A stretch of DNA of 64,000 nt from contig CAYOFQ010000001.1 of NCBI GenBank assembly GCA_964403585.1, forward strand, positions 140,456-204,455, written 5' to 3'. The position numbers were made by a program, and so were the translations under genes. Source of the stretch: an uncultured Gammaproteobacteria bacterium (GTDB lineage: Bacteria > Patescibacteriota > Microgenomatia > JALYQM01). The notes below the pieces were generated by a model. It did not search any database. It saw nothing but the letters and a program-made list of their open reading frames with translations, and was not told the origin of the DNA. This document shows, in pieces, positions 1-9,843 of the stretch (position 1 is its first letter; every line of letters begins with the position of its first letter).

Positions 1-2861
1 GGGAAGAACAGCGGGATGGTGCTACGAGATCCTCAATTTGGACACAAAAATTGCAGTCAAGCGATGGAACCAAATTATGGCCGGATGGTACAGATAATAC
101 GCTTACGTCAACTGGTGCATTAAGCATTTCTCGTCTGTCTACCAGTAGTGGAGCTGATGCCAAATCAAATGCCTTACAAAATGGTAAAGTGTTAGTAACC
201 GGTGGCTCTTCGGCAGCTTCTCAAACACAAGTGGAATTATATGATCCGGCATCCGGTACCTTTACGCTTGGTCCTGCCACCACCTACACGCACCAGCAGC
301 ATGCTACCACTGAATTGTTTAACGGCAATATCTTGGTTACCGGTAGCAGAGTAGATACTGTCGCAGGTTCATCATCATCTGCAGAAATATATAATCCACT
401 TACAAACACCGTTTCCGCCGCATCACCCATGGTGTCTCAACGGTATAATCATACTGCTACAACATTGAAAAACGGCAAAGTACTCATTGTTGGATCTGAA
501 TCAAGCGCTACGGGAATGACGACATCAGAAATTTTCGACCCTTCTACCAGCACCTTTAGCACAGGCCCTTCGACACAATACCCCAGATATGGTCATGCAT
601 CAGTCTTAATACCAAACGGTAAAGTCATGGTAATTGGCGCTGCTGCAAATAACTCCGGACGATCTATTGCCGAAATTTACGACCCGCAAACAAATACATT
701 TAGTGCGGTCAGTAACCCAAGCATGTCAATGCAGTTCCCCTCAGCCGTCGTAATGAAAAATGGCAAGGTGCTTGCATTAGGTACAAATACCTCCACAGCA
801 TCAGTAGCAGAAATATACGATCCTGCGGCTAATTCATGGACACGGACAGGGCTGACTGTAATGGGAACTTCCACCTATGGAAGTCTGGTGAATTTACCTA
901 ATGGTAAAATAGCAATGTTCGGGGGAGGCGCCAGTGTTAATAATGAGACAATTTCACAAATTTACGACCCCGCTGTAAACACATGGTCGGCAGGCCCTAC
1001 CTTAAATAATAATCGCTATTGGACCCAACTCCAGTATTTACCATTAGAAAATAAAGTCCTATTAACTAATGCCTCCAGCAATGGCACCTCAGCAGAATTA
1101 TTCACCCCGGCTTCGGATATGCCGGTCAGCGCTTACAATTATAAAAACTCAGTAGTAACCGAAAATGCCGACATGAACACTTCCTTGGGCATATTCTTTA
1201 AAAAGCCAAAACTTGCCGTAGATAGTAATGGTGACACTATCATTGTCTGGCAGGAAAATAAGAATGAGCTCGCTCAATTCCAGGGGCTTGCTCATAATTA
1301 TGATGCCAATGCATACCTGCTATATGGTAAGACCCCGGCTGCCAGCGGAAAACATAGCACAGGACTCGGATCGGGTGCTACACCCGTCTTACTATCACCG
1401 GCAGTAGAGATCGTTGGACAGAAAATCTGTAGTAGATCCTCAGGCTGTGATACAGGTACAACAAGCGGGGAACGTCAATGGGGAAATGATCAAAGCATAA
1501 AAAATGTAAACAGCCCTGAAGAGATATATATTTCTGCAACACGTAATGCCCAAAACGTAAATATAATAAGTGATACCACCAATACCATTATTACGTATGA
1601 TAGTGACTCACCAAGCGCTACAGACATGTCCTCAGGAGGAAGACCGAACACTAAAAACAAAAAAGTGTACGCACAAAAGCTGGATCAAAACGGGAATACC
1701 CTGTTAAGTAATCCATGGGTGCAAAACAACTCGTTACTTCTCACAGACCGGTCAAACCCCTTGGTTACATTACTTAATGACGGGAATGTGTTAATTGCGG
1801 GAAGCAGCACTGCCGCGGCAGGATCTTCAGCAGAAACGTATGACCCGCTTACAGGAATAAGTACAGCAACAGGGAACAATTTACGTGCAAGCAGAGGGCT
1901 TGCCTCTGCTAATTTGCTTTCAAGCGGTAAAGTAATAATTGCTGGGGGCAGCTTCAATAGCACTGCAGAACTTTATGATCCTTCCTTACGAACCTTCAGT
2001 GCTACAACGGGAAATATGAGGAGCATGCGAGCTGAGACAATCGGAACGCTGCTTAAAAACGGAAAAGTATTGTATGCCGGCGGGGATACTTCATCCTCAG
2101 GCTATGCCAGCAGCGCTGAAGTTTATGACCCAGCTACCAACACGTTCACCCTTGTCTCTTCCTTAACCAGAGGAGTTCGGTACGCGCACCGTGCTGTTCT
2201 TCTCCCGAATGGAAAGGTACTGGTAACTGGTGGGAGTAACGCATCAGGTACATTATCAACGGCCGAGATATATGACGCGCTCGCAAACACGTGGACTTCT
2301 GCGGGCAATATGTTTTTTCCAAGGAACAGGTTCACATTAACTCCATTAAGAGACGGGAGAGCTATTGCAATAGGTGGTTTTACAGATGCAACGACACGCA
2401 CATCCACCGCCGAAATTTACGATCCACTAACTAATACTTGGACATTAACTGGCTCGTTAGTAGGAGGTATCAGGGCACGGCACTCGGCTGTAGCATTACC
2501 AAATGGAAAAGTCCTGGTAATAGCTGGAACTAGCTTAAGCTCAGCAGAAATCTTTGATCCGGTTGCAGAAACATTTACTCTTGCCGGTAACCTGGCTGAT
2601 CAAAGATTCGCTCATGATTCAGTTGTATTAGCAGACGGGAGAGTCTTTGTGACAGGCGACGGCCCGAATTCTTCAGCTGAACTGTACTCAATCGATCAAG
2701 CGGTTACCAAATCAATAGCCACGCAAACCACTAATATTGCCGCAACGACATCAAATAAACGGCAGCGACAGCAAGCGGCACCAACTGGACCACACCTTCT
2801 AACACCGCGGCTTCAGATAACGGATATGCAATTTATAACAGTACAGCTCAAGATTATCTGA
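1..2861 (+). CDS. Giant secreted Kelch/beta-propeller repeat protein, 5'-truncated by the window edge. The frame is open from position 3, and the 'start' at 51 is only a TTG picked by the ORF track. The 3' end is probably frameshifted into the next ORF.
   Basis: More than 20 tandem Kelch-type blades with the recurring motif NGKVLV.GG....S.E[IL]YDP..N.[FW]. Ser/Thr-rich. No start codon or signal peptide at the N-terminus. Confidence 0.6.
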   Translation, partial: EEQRDGATRSSIWTQKLQSSDGTKLWPDGTDNTLTSTGALSISRLSTSSGADAKSNALQNGKVLVTGGSSAASQTQVELYDPASGTFTLGPATTYTHQQHATTELFNGNILVTGSRVDTVAGSSSSAEIYNPLTNTVSAASPMVSQRYNHTATTLKNGKVLIVGSESSATGMTTSEIFDPSTSTFSTGPSTQYPRYGHASVLIPNGKVMVIGAAANNSGRSIAEIYDPQTNTFSAVSNPSMSMQFPSAVVMKNGKVLALGTNTSTASVAEIYDPAANSWTRTGLTVMGTSTYGSLVNLPNGKIAMFGGGASVNNETISQIYDPAVNTWSAGPTLNNNRYWTQLQYLPLENKVLLTNASSNGTSAELFTPASDMPVSAYNYKNSVVTENADMNTSLGIFFKKPKLAVDSNGDTIIVWQENKNELAQFQGLAHNYDANAYLLYGKTPAASGKHSTGLGSGATPVLLSPAVEIVGQKICSRSSGCDTGTTSGERQWGNDQSIKNVNSPEEIYISATRNAQNVNIISDTTNTIITYDSDSPSATDMSSGGRPNTKNKKVYAQKLDQNGNTLLSNPWVQNNSLLLTDRSNPLVTLLNDGNVLIAGSSTAAAGSSAETYDPLTGISTATGNNLRASRGLASANLLSSGKVIIAGGSFNSTAELYDPSLRTFSATTGNMRSMRAETIGTLLKNGKVLYAGGDTSSSGYASSAEVYDPATNTFTLVSSLTRGVRYAHRAVLLPNGKVLVTGGSNASGTLSTAEIYDALANTWTSAGNMFFPRNRFTLTPLRDGRAIAIGGFTDATTRTSTAEIYDPLTNTWTLTGSLVGGIRARHSAVALPNGKVLVIAGTSLSSAEIFDPVAETFTLAGNLADQRFAHDSVVLADGRVFVTGDGPNSSAELYSIDQAVTKSIATQTTNIAATTSNKRQRQQAAPTGPHLLTPRLQITDMQFITVQLKII

Positions 2862-3013
2862 AGTTAACCAACTTTGGATTTACTACAAGCGATGTACCAA
2901 CTAATGCCACAATTACAGGAGTAACTGCAACAATCGAAGGTAACGCCACGTCTGGCGCAGGTTCTGCAACAACCTCAGGTCCAAACAGTCCTGCAAGTGG
3001 AAACGATTGTAGC

Positions 3014-5842
3014 TTGAGCAATGCTACAGGTACTGTTTTATGGACAACATATACTAGCTGTGCAACAAGCAATAATGGATATGCAAATGCGTCTCTTGAT
3101 GGAACAACTTCGCAATATCTCACAGCATCGAATTTTGGATTTAGTATACCAACAACGGCAACTATTAACGGAATAACGGTAGGGGTTGAGCGTCATTCTA
3201 GTGGTACCGGTAACGGCGGTATTGATGATGCTGCTGTCCGTATTATAAAGGGAGGCACAATTGGAGCAACTAATGCAACGCTCTTAACCGACTGGCCAAC
3301 CACAGTGGACACATATTATACCTACGGCAGCAGCAGTTCGCTCTGGGGAGAGACATGGACACCTGCAGATATTAATGCCGCCAATTTCGGCTTTGCTCTA
3401 TCGGCTACGAAATCTAGTGCAGCGGGAGCAGCAATCACTGCAAGCGTAGACCATATTCGTATCACCGTAACATACACCACTGCCGACGGGAATACCTACG
3501 ACATTTGTTTAACTAAAGACGGTTCGACCTGCACGGGAACAGAAAAAACCAACCAATCATTAAATCAGACTACCGACACAACGACGACTAAAGGAGGTGC
3601 GAGTGACCTGTGGAGTGCCACTTTATCTCCAAGCGATGTAACTTCGTCAAATTTCGGAGTAATGATTCAGGATGCCAATGCCGTAGCATCCGCCCTTAAC
3701 TTTGACCAGGTTCAACTAAAGATAGATTACACCACACCAGTAGATTCCCAAATACCAACCGGTTACTCCGGAACATATTCTCAAAATCCGGATCTGGTAA
3801 AAGACAGCGATGGTAATATTCAATTAGTTTGGGAGTCATGGAGCGCTGAAGGCTTAACTCCAGGCGTAGGGGGAGCTTCCTGGCGGGCCATGACACAAAA
3901 ACTGGATAACCCGTCATCGGGAAGTTTTACCAAACAATACCCTTCAACATCATCAGATACATGGGCAAGTAGTGGAACGATGAGCAACGCGCGCGGGTCC
4001 TTTAGCGGAATAACGCTATCATCAGGCAAAGTGCTTGTCTCGGGAGGAGTAAGCGGTGGAAGCTGGACCTCTACAGCAGAACTCTATGATCCCCATACCG
4101 GTACGTGGACACTAACAGGGCCGATGAACGGGGCAATGACAAATCACCGATTATACAATCTTCCAAATGGGTCAGTAATAGCAGCAGCAAATATTGACGG
4201 GCAGTCCAACTATTTGTATTCCCCAGAAGCTAACACTTGGACCCTGACTGGCTCGCTAATAACTTCTCGTAGCTCAGCAGACAGTATTCAATTAAATAAC
4301 GGTAAGGTGCTCCTGGTCGGAGGATGTAACCTGGCATGTAGTACGGTATATTCATCATCTGAATTGTACAACCCAAGTACTGGTACCTGGACTCAAACCT
4401 CAACAAATATGCCAGCTGCGTTAGCATTCACAAAATTAGTGAAGCTAAACGATGGCTCAGTATTGGCCATGGGAGGATGTGAAACAGGTCCTGATTGCAA
4501 TAGTAATTACACGTTTACGACGGCAATTTATAAATATAATCCGGATACAGAAGTATGGAGCCACCTGGGAGATTTACCAAGTAGCATGAGGAGTGTAAGA
4601 GCGATTACCTTAAATTCTGGAAAAGTTCTTATTACGGGAGGCGAGGAATACGACGGTTCAGTTTCGGTACAGGATGCCAATTATCATTGGACATTTGATC
4701 CATACGCTGGAACTTACACTTCATTGTCGCCCACAGCGTCAATGCCAAGCAACGGTGGAATCCTGTTATCTAGCGGATCAGTGTTGGGAATCACGAGCAC
4801 TACCACTACTTTTGTGTTTGACCCGAGTCTTGAACAGTGGTCAGATGGTCCAAGTCTCTCAACAGCCCGTACTACGCCATTTAAGACACTCTTAAAAACA
4901 GGAAAAGTATTATTAGTTGGCGGAAGCAATACAACTTCATCGGCTGAATTATATACACCAGATCCATCCGAAAAACTGATAGCCGGAAATGACCAGCCAG
5001 GTACAAATCATCAAACCGGGGCCAGAATTTCCGCGGATATTGCTAACGGGACAGCCTATGTAGCTTGGACAGATAGCAGAGTAACAGCACCGACTGATAC
5101 AACTGGAGATAAGAACATCTTCATGCAGCGGCTAAATAGCAGCGGCAATCCTACCTGGCCAAATGGAACAGGAACCAATGGAACATACAATGTTCGCGAC
5201 GTGAGAGTAAACAACACACGAGGAGAGTTGGATACATCTTCACAAGTGAATGTTTCAATCGCAAAATCTATTTACAATAACAACAACGACGACGGAACCT
5301 ATCCGCTACATCTGGCATGGGTAGATACTAAAGACCAAGCCACTATGCCGCTCAATATTTATACCCAGTCCTACGATACGCGAGACCGTACAATGAGTTC
5401 CACTACCTGGACGGCATATTATTACGTTACCGGTAGTCCGAGTAATACTAATTCTATTAAAGTTCAGGTAGGTGCGGTCGAATCAGATGGCGAAACGGCC
5501 AGCTATACCAGTGCCGAATCAACCTACACCGGCGATGGAACCAATGGCGAGAAATCGACCGTATTCTCTAATCTGCCGCCATCGGGCGAAACAACACTCA
5601 CACACCGCAGAATTATTATGAAACTGACGCGCTCTACCGGTTCGATGCAAATTCAATACAACGGCTCAGCCGGCGTAGCAGATACCCGCTTGAATACGGG
5701 CATGGTTGTCCCTGAGCGAACTCTCATGCTGGCACTGCTCATCCCGTTACTACCGGGACTGGTATTCTATAACGGACGCCGGCGAGCAGGGATATTCCAA
5801 ATTAATAAAGGGAGTGCCACTAAATCCGCCGGGAAAAAGTAA
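3014..5842 (+). CDS. Kelch-repeat surface protein with an N-terminal repeated module of about 45 aa and a C-terminal exosortase-type sorting signal. Frame 1 is open from 2759 with no ATG/GTG before TTG 3014, so this is probably the continuation of the upstream ORF.
   Basis: Kelch blades (SAELYDP, SSELYNP and similar). A repeated module with the core motif 'S/ANFGF' occurs about 5 times. The tail 5701-5842 reads VPERT + hydrophobic helix LMLALLIPLLPGLVFY + NGRRRAG. Confidence 0.6.
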   Translation: MSNATGTVLWTTYTSCATSNNGYANASLDGTTSQYLTASNFGFSIPTTATINGITVGVERHSSGTGNGGIDDAAVRIIKGGTIGATNATLLTDWPTTVDTYYTYGSSSSLWGETWTPADINAANFGFALSATKSSAAGAAITASVDHIRITVTYTTADGNTYDICLTKDGSTCTGTEKTNQSLNQTTDTTTTKGGASDLWSATLSPSDVTSSNFGVMIQDANAVASALNFDQVQLKIDYTTPVDSQIPTGYSGTYSQNPDLVKDSDGNIQLVWESWSAEGLTPGVGGASWRAMTQKLDNPSSGSFTKQYPSTSSDTWASSGTMSNARGSFSGITLSSGKVLVSGGVSGGSWTSTAELYDPHTGTWTLTGPMNGAMTNHRLYNLPNGSVIAAANIDGQSNYLYSPEANTWTLTGSLITSRSSADSIQLNNGKVLLVGGCNLACSTVYSSSELYNPSTGTWTQTSTNMPAALAFTKLVKLNDGSVLAMGGCETGPDCNSNYTFTTAIYKYNPDTEVWSHLGDLPSSMRSVRAITLNSGKVLITGGEEYDGSVSVQDANYHWTFDPYAGTYTSLSPTASMPSNGGILLSSGSVLGITSTTTTFVFDPSLEQWSDGPSLSTARTTPFKTLLKTGKVLLVGGSNTTSSAELYTPDPSEKLIAGNDQPGTNHQTGARISADIANGTAYVAWTDSRVTAPTDTTGDKNIFMQRLNSSGNPTWPNGTGTNGTYNVRDVRVNNTRGELDTSSQVNVSIAKSIYNNNNDDGTYPLHLAWVDTKDQATMPLNIYTQSYDTRDRTMSSTTWTAYYYVTGSPSNTNSIKVQVGAVESDGETASYTSAESTYTGDGTNGEKSTVFSNLPPSGETTLTHRRIIMKLTRSTGSMQIQYNGSAGVADTRLNTGMVVPERTLMLALLIPLLPGLVFYNGRRRAGIFQINKGSATKSAGKK

Positions 5843-5986
5843 AATGTTATACACAAAAAGTTATCCACAAATAAAAAAGCCTTTATTTAGGGATATAACT
5901 GGAGAACAAAAAATACATATCCTATAACATATAAATAACTGTCTTAGAATTCACAGGCTAAAACTGGTATATAAAGAAAGCTACCT

Positions 5987-8233
5987 ATGCGCAAAATAAT
6001 TTTAATTCTGGCTGTTTTTCTAGGCATCTTTACGGCATATGCCGTAACCACATCTCCATACCTGCAGGCAGGGGACAGTACTGAAATGGCAGCCTCGGCC
6101 ATTACCCTCGGCGTGCCACACCAGCCGAGCTACCCGTTGTACATTCTCGCCGCGCATGCGGTAACCAAGCTGCCAATACCGTATCTTCCGGACATCCCGC
6201 CGATAAATTATTTTAGATATAATATCGATCAAAATAATAAATATAGTATCTTAATATATCGAACAGGTCTTTCTTCTGCATTATTTCAGGCAGCTGCTGC
6301 CACATACTTTTTTTTAATTCTGCTCCAGATTAATAGAATCAGGGGAGGGGAGATAAGCCCGGTCAATAGTTTTGGAGCAATTCTTATTGCGTTATTTGTG
6401 ACAGCACTCTACGCGTTCTCTGAAACAATCTGGCTGTATGCTACTAAGCCCGAGGTATTCGCCTTAAACAATCTTTTTGCCATGGCATTGCTGTTCTACG
6501 CCTTACGCTGGTACACCGATAGCCACAAAGCCAAAATATCCGCCAGGTATTTTCTCCTCCTTGGACTTGCGTTTAGCCATCATCAGACAATTATTTTGCT
6601 GTTTCCAGTTCTATTCGCTATCTATCTCTTTAAAAAGCAGCAACTGGAAAATACGTCGATTCCCAGGATACTCTGGCGCTGGGTCAGCTATCCGTTTGAT
6701 CGCAAATTTAATAAATCATTCCCGTTTATGTTCTGCTTCTTTCTGGCAATTTTACCTTTTTTCATTGCCTTATGGATGCTTGCGCAAAGATATCCATTCA
6801 TCAATTGGGGCGAAGTTAGCGGTCCAGTAAGTTTAGTGCGAGCACTGATTCGTGCCGATTACGGCTCTATTGGAGCTTATCTTACAAATATCGAAAGTCC
6901 GACCGTCGCGGCCGACCAGATTCCTTTTTTTGCCCAGCACTTGTTAACCGACTTTTCTCTGTACGTAATAATCCTGGCAGTCCTTGGGACAATTATCTTG
7001 TACCGTACCAGCAAGCGCCTCTGGCTGGCATTGATGCTGTTCTTTCTCATTGCCGGACCAATTTTTATAATGTACGCCAATTTCTCCTTGGAAGGGGATT
7101 TCTCTAAGGCTACTGTCGTCCGCTTTTACATGTTACCCGAGATACCGATACTCATCTTCATGTTTGCAAGTCTTGTCACAATGTATCAAAAGATCCGTGA
7201 GCTCGATGTCAAAGACGCAATAGAATCTATCGACTACCAAAAAATCGGCACCGGCATTTTTCTGCTACTGGCTGGGGCCATTACCATTCATAGTATCTAC
7301 CAAAACAAACCCAATTTTGACAATCTTACCTACGCCTTTGCTAAAACCGCCATAGCTCAAACGGAAGATAACGCCATGATCTTAGTCACCGGAGACATCC
7401 CGAACATGGTGATGCAGTATATGCAGGCGGTCGAAGGGGAGAAAAAGAACCGCATCATATTTTCACCTGGTCAGTTTCATTTGGCCTGGTTTCAAAAACA
7501 GTTGCGCTCCCGCTATCCGACATTAAAAATCCCTGACCCGCTTCCCGGCAAGCGCTTCACCTCTCCCAGTCAGGTTATAGATGCCAATTTTGGCAAACAG
7601 CCCATCTATATTGTTACCGATTTTGTCGAAATCGACCCGCTGATTCAGGAGAAGTATGTGTTGTGGCCAAAGAATTTGCTGCTCAAAGTTGAAGCGAAAG
7701 GGGTAGATTATAAACTGGAAAAATATCTTGCCGAAAATGATGCACTTTTTCAGTCCCTTAATTTACAGGAATTCGCCAAGCTGAAGTCCCGCAAGTATCA
7801 GCTCGAATCACCACTGGTCTTTTACTATTCACGCCACTTCTACAACCTCGGGGCTGTGTTTAATACAGTCCATCGCTATCAGGATGCCATCACACAGTTC
7901 AAACGGGCACTGACAATTGACGCCGAACTGGCTGATGCATATAAGGCGCTTGGTACAATATATTATTTCACTGAAGATTTTGAACCGAAGGATCCTCAGG
8001 CTGCACTTGAATATTTATACCGCTACCTGCAAACCACTGACGGCCGGTCAATAGATCAGATCACTGCCGTCCAAAACAGCATTAATAAGATTAATGAAGA
8101 TCTCAAAAAGGCCGAGGAGGAAGAGAAGAAAGCTGCAGAGGACGATCAAAAGCCGTCCGTGGACCAGCAGGAAGCATCGGAGTCGGCAGAAAGCTCACCT
8201 TCGGCCAAATTAGAGGATGACATTAAAAAATAA
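5987..8233 (+). CDS. DUF2723 / TMEM260-like polytopic GT-C glycosyltransferase (putative protein O-mannosyltransferase-like) with a C-terminal TPR and acidic tail
   Basis: N-terminal signature TTSPYLQAGDSTEMA...LGVPHQPSYPLYIL matches the DUF2723 hallmark (xWxDxGE ... GxxHPPGxPLY). At least 10 predicted TM helices. TPR-like segment ALTIDAELADAYKALGTIYY. Confidence 0.65.
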   Translation: MRKIILILAVFLGIFTAYAVTTSPYLQAGDSTEMAASAITLGVPHQPSYPLYILAAHAVTKLPIPYLPDIPPINYFRYNIDQNNKYSILIYRTGLSSALFQAAAATYFFLILLQINRIRGGEISPVNSFGAILIALFVTALYAFSETIWLYATKPEVFALNNLFAMALLFYALRWYTDSHKAKISARYFLLLGLAFSHHQTIILLFPVLFAIYLFKKQQLENTSIPRILWRWVSYPFDRKFNKSFPFMFCFFLAILPFFIALWMLAQRYPFINWGEVSGPVSLVRALIRADYGSIGAYLTNIESPTVAADQIPFFAQHLLTDFSLYVIILAVLGTIILYRTSKRLWLALMLFFLIAGPIFIMYANFSLEGDFSKATVVRFYMLPEIPILIFMFASLVTMYQKIRELDVKDAIESIDYQKIGTGIFLLLAGAITIHSIYQNKPNFDNLTYAFAKTAIAQTEDNAMILVTGDIPNMVMQYMQAVEGEKKNRIIFSPGQFHLAWFQKQLRSRYPTLKIPDPLPGKRFTSPSQVIDANFGKQPIYIVTDFVEIDPLIQEKYVLWPKNLLLKVEAKGVDYKLEKYLAENDALFQSLNLQEFAKLKSRKYQLESPLVFYYSRHFYNLGAVFNTVHRYQDAITQFKRALTIDAELADAYKALGTIYYFTEDFEPKDPQAALEYLYRYLQTTDGRSIDQITAVQNSINKINEDLKKAEEEEKKAAEDDQKPSVDQQEASESAESSPSAKLEDDIKK

Positions 8234-8245
8234 AGCATATATACT

Positions 8246-9793
8246 TTGAATATGGATGGTGAAGAAACAGAAAGTTACTCGTCAGTTGTAGCTGAACCAA
8301 AGATCGATTATGCCGTAAAAGAAAACGATCCCAAAGCAGAGCTTCGCTCGGTTGTGGAGAGGTTCACCAGGAAATTAGCAGATAAAGATAATCCACCTGA
8401 AGCAGTAGAGACATATACGCAAGCAGCGACGCAATTCCTCAAAATAGCTTGGGAATGTGGTCAAGCCTATGAAGCAGCCGAGAAGCTCGCTAAACTGGAA
8501 GGGAAACGGGCTTCAGCCGCTGCAGATGTCCTGGTAAATTTGATGAAGGAACAATTAGGATCATCGGTTAAGTGGGATTATAGCGTGGAGTACCAGTATA
8601 AAAAATTCGTCACCGAAGCTACTGTCGCCTACAAACAAATTGAGTACCCTGATGACCGGTCAGGAACATACAGGGACCCATTCGCTGCTGTGACTGAATT
8701 GTTTGATGATAATAGTATTCTTGTCGATAGTTATAAAAGCAAAGCCCTCTGGTACAAAGGTCTTTCAGATTTCTACGCCGAGGTCGTAAAAAAATCTCCC
8801 AACCAGGGTGGAGTAGTGTACCTCAAACATCAGGAGCAGTATCAAGCTAATGCGCAAGTATTTCGGACTATGGAAAAAGAATATCGTAAGCTACGTCATG
8901 ATATTGCCTATGATGTGATGTATAGCGAAGCAGAGACAGAGGATCCTGCTCACTGGGTAATGGCTAATGCCAACGCGCTCCGTAGATTTAGGTTCGTTTT
9001 AAAGCGGCAGGATCAGGCACTCTCTGAGCAATCACAGGCGGAAACAATGCCCAGTTTGATTTCAGATAAGCCACCGGTCCACAGTACAATTGATCATAAA
9101 TTAATTGACGAGATCGAAGCGGGTAAACACGAACTGTCAGGTGCGGTAAGAACCAAAGCTCTCGTTGAATTATTTTCTCTCCTGAACAATATAAAAGAAC
9201 AACCCCGCGGCAAATGGATTTATTTTTATGCGGGGGAGGATGGTGTTGTTACCTCAGGATTATTAACCAACGGTGTCGAAGAAGTTATTACCGTCACGCC
9301 AAATAATAGAGCAGATTATTATCAAAAAGTTGAAGAGAAAACCCGTGCTTACTCAGGAAAAGATAGTATTGAGATAACCGCGCTATCTACCACCACCGAA
9401 GAGTTCGCTCAGACGATGCTAGCAATGAAGAGAGGAGAATTGCCAAATATACCGGCCGAACAACTTGCCCAATATCAGGATATCTTTGATGCGCTGCAAA
9501 ACTATCAAGTGCAGGGAATTCTTGCCATACGACCGGTGTTATACGAAAAACGCAAACTTTCCGCAGATATTCATCGAAGTCGTGCACTCAATCCCAGAGG
9601 CGATACTGCACGCGCCTACGACGCTACTTCAGTGAATCTTTTATATAAGTTCGCCCGTCAATTCAAAATTCCTTTAACATATATTTATCCGGGCGATAGC
9701 TACATCTCGACTATGTACCGGGACGGAGCCGAGAATAACCGCTTTGACGTAATTGCTGGCTCCTATGATGGCGTCTTACTCACTACTGCATAA
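8246..9793 (+). CDS. Hypothetical soluble protein (515 aa) with no recognisable domain, embedded in the glycosyltransferase cluster
   Basis: Long ORF with good coding texture, start 13 bp after the upstream stop. No TM segment and no motif I can recognise. Confidence 0.5.
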   Translation: MNMDGEETESYSSVVAEPKIDYAVKENDPKAELRSVVERFTRKLADKDNPPEAVETYTQAATQFLKIAWECGQAYEAAEKLAKLEGKRASAAADVLVNLMKEQLGSSVKWDYSVEYQYKKFVTEATVAYKQIEYPDDRSGTYRDPFAAVTELFDDNSILVDSYKSKALWYKGLSDFYAEVVKKSPNQGGVVYLKHQEQYQANAQVFRTMEKEYRKLRHDIAYDVMYSEAETEDPAHWVMANANALRRFRFVLKRQDQALSEQSQAETMPSLISDKPPVHSTIDHKLIDEIEAGKHELSGAVRTKALVELFSLLNNIKEQPRGKWIYFYAGEDGVVTSGLLTNGVEEVITVTPNNRADYYQKVEEKTRAYSGKDSIEITALSTTTEEFAQTMLAMKRGELPNIPAEQLAQYQDIFDALQNYQVQGILAIRPVLYEKRKLSADIHRSRALNPRGDTARAYDATSVNLLYKFARQFKIPLTYIYPGDSYISTMYRDGAENNRFDVIAGSYDGVLLTTA

Positions 9794-9843
9794 CTATGCA
9801 AGCTTGACTATCTTCATTCGAAAGCTCTACACTAAAGTACACT

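Noticed and set aside
2745-2765. Programmed -1 ribosomal frameshift at the ORF1/ORF2 junction
   Set aside because: There is no canonical X XXY YYZ slippery heptamer and no obvious downstream pseudoknot. The a-rich run looks more like an indel or error hotspot.
677-5000. Antisense and nested ORFs inside the Kelch genes (677-874, 1685-1963, 2123-2407, 2854-3123, 3696-4029, 4230-4427, 4674-4929)
   Set aside because: They lie fully within long, motif-supported genes on the opposite or alternate frame and show no motifs or start signals. Treated as spurious.
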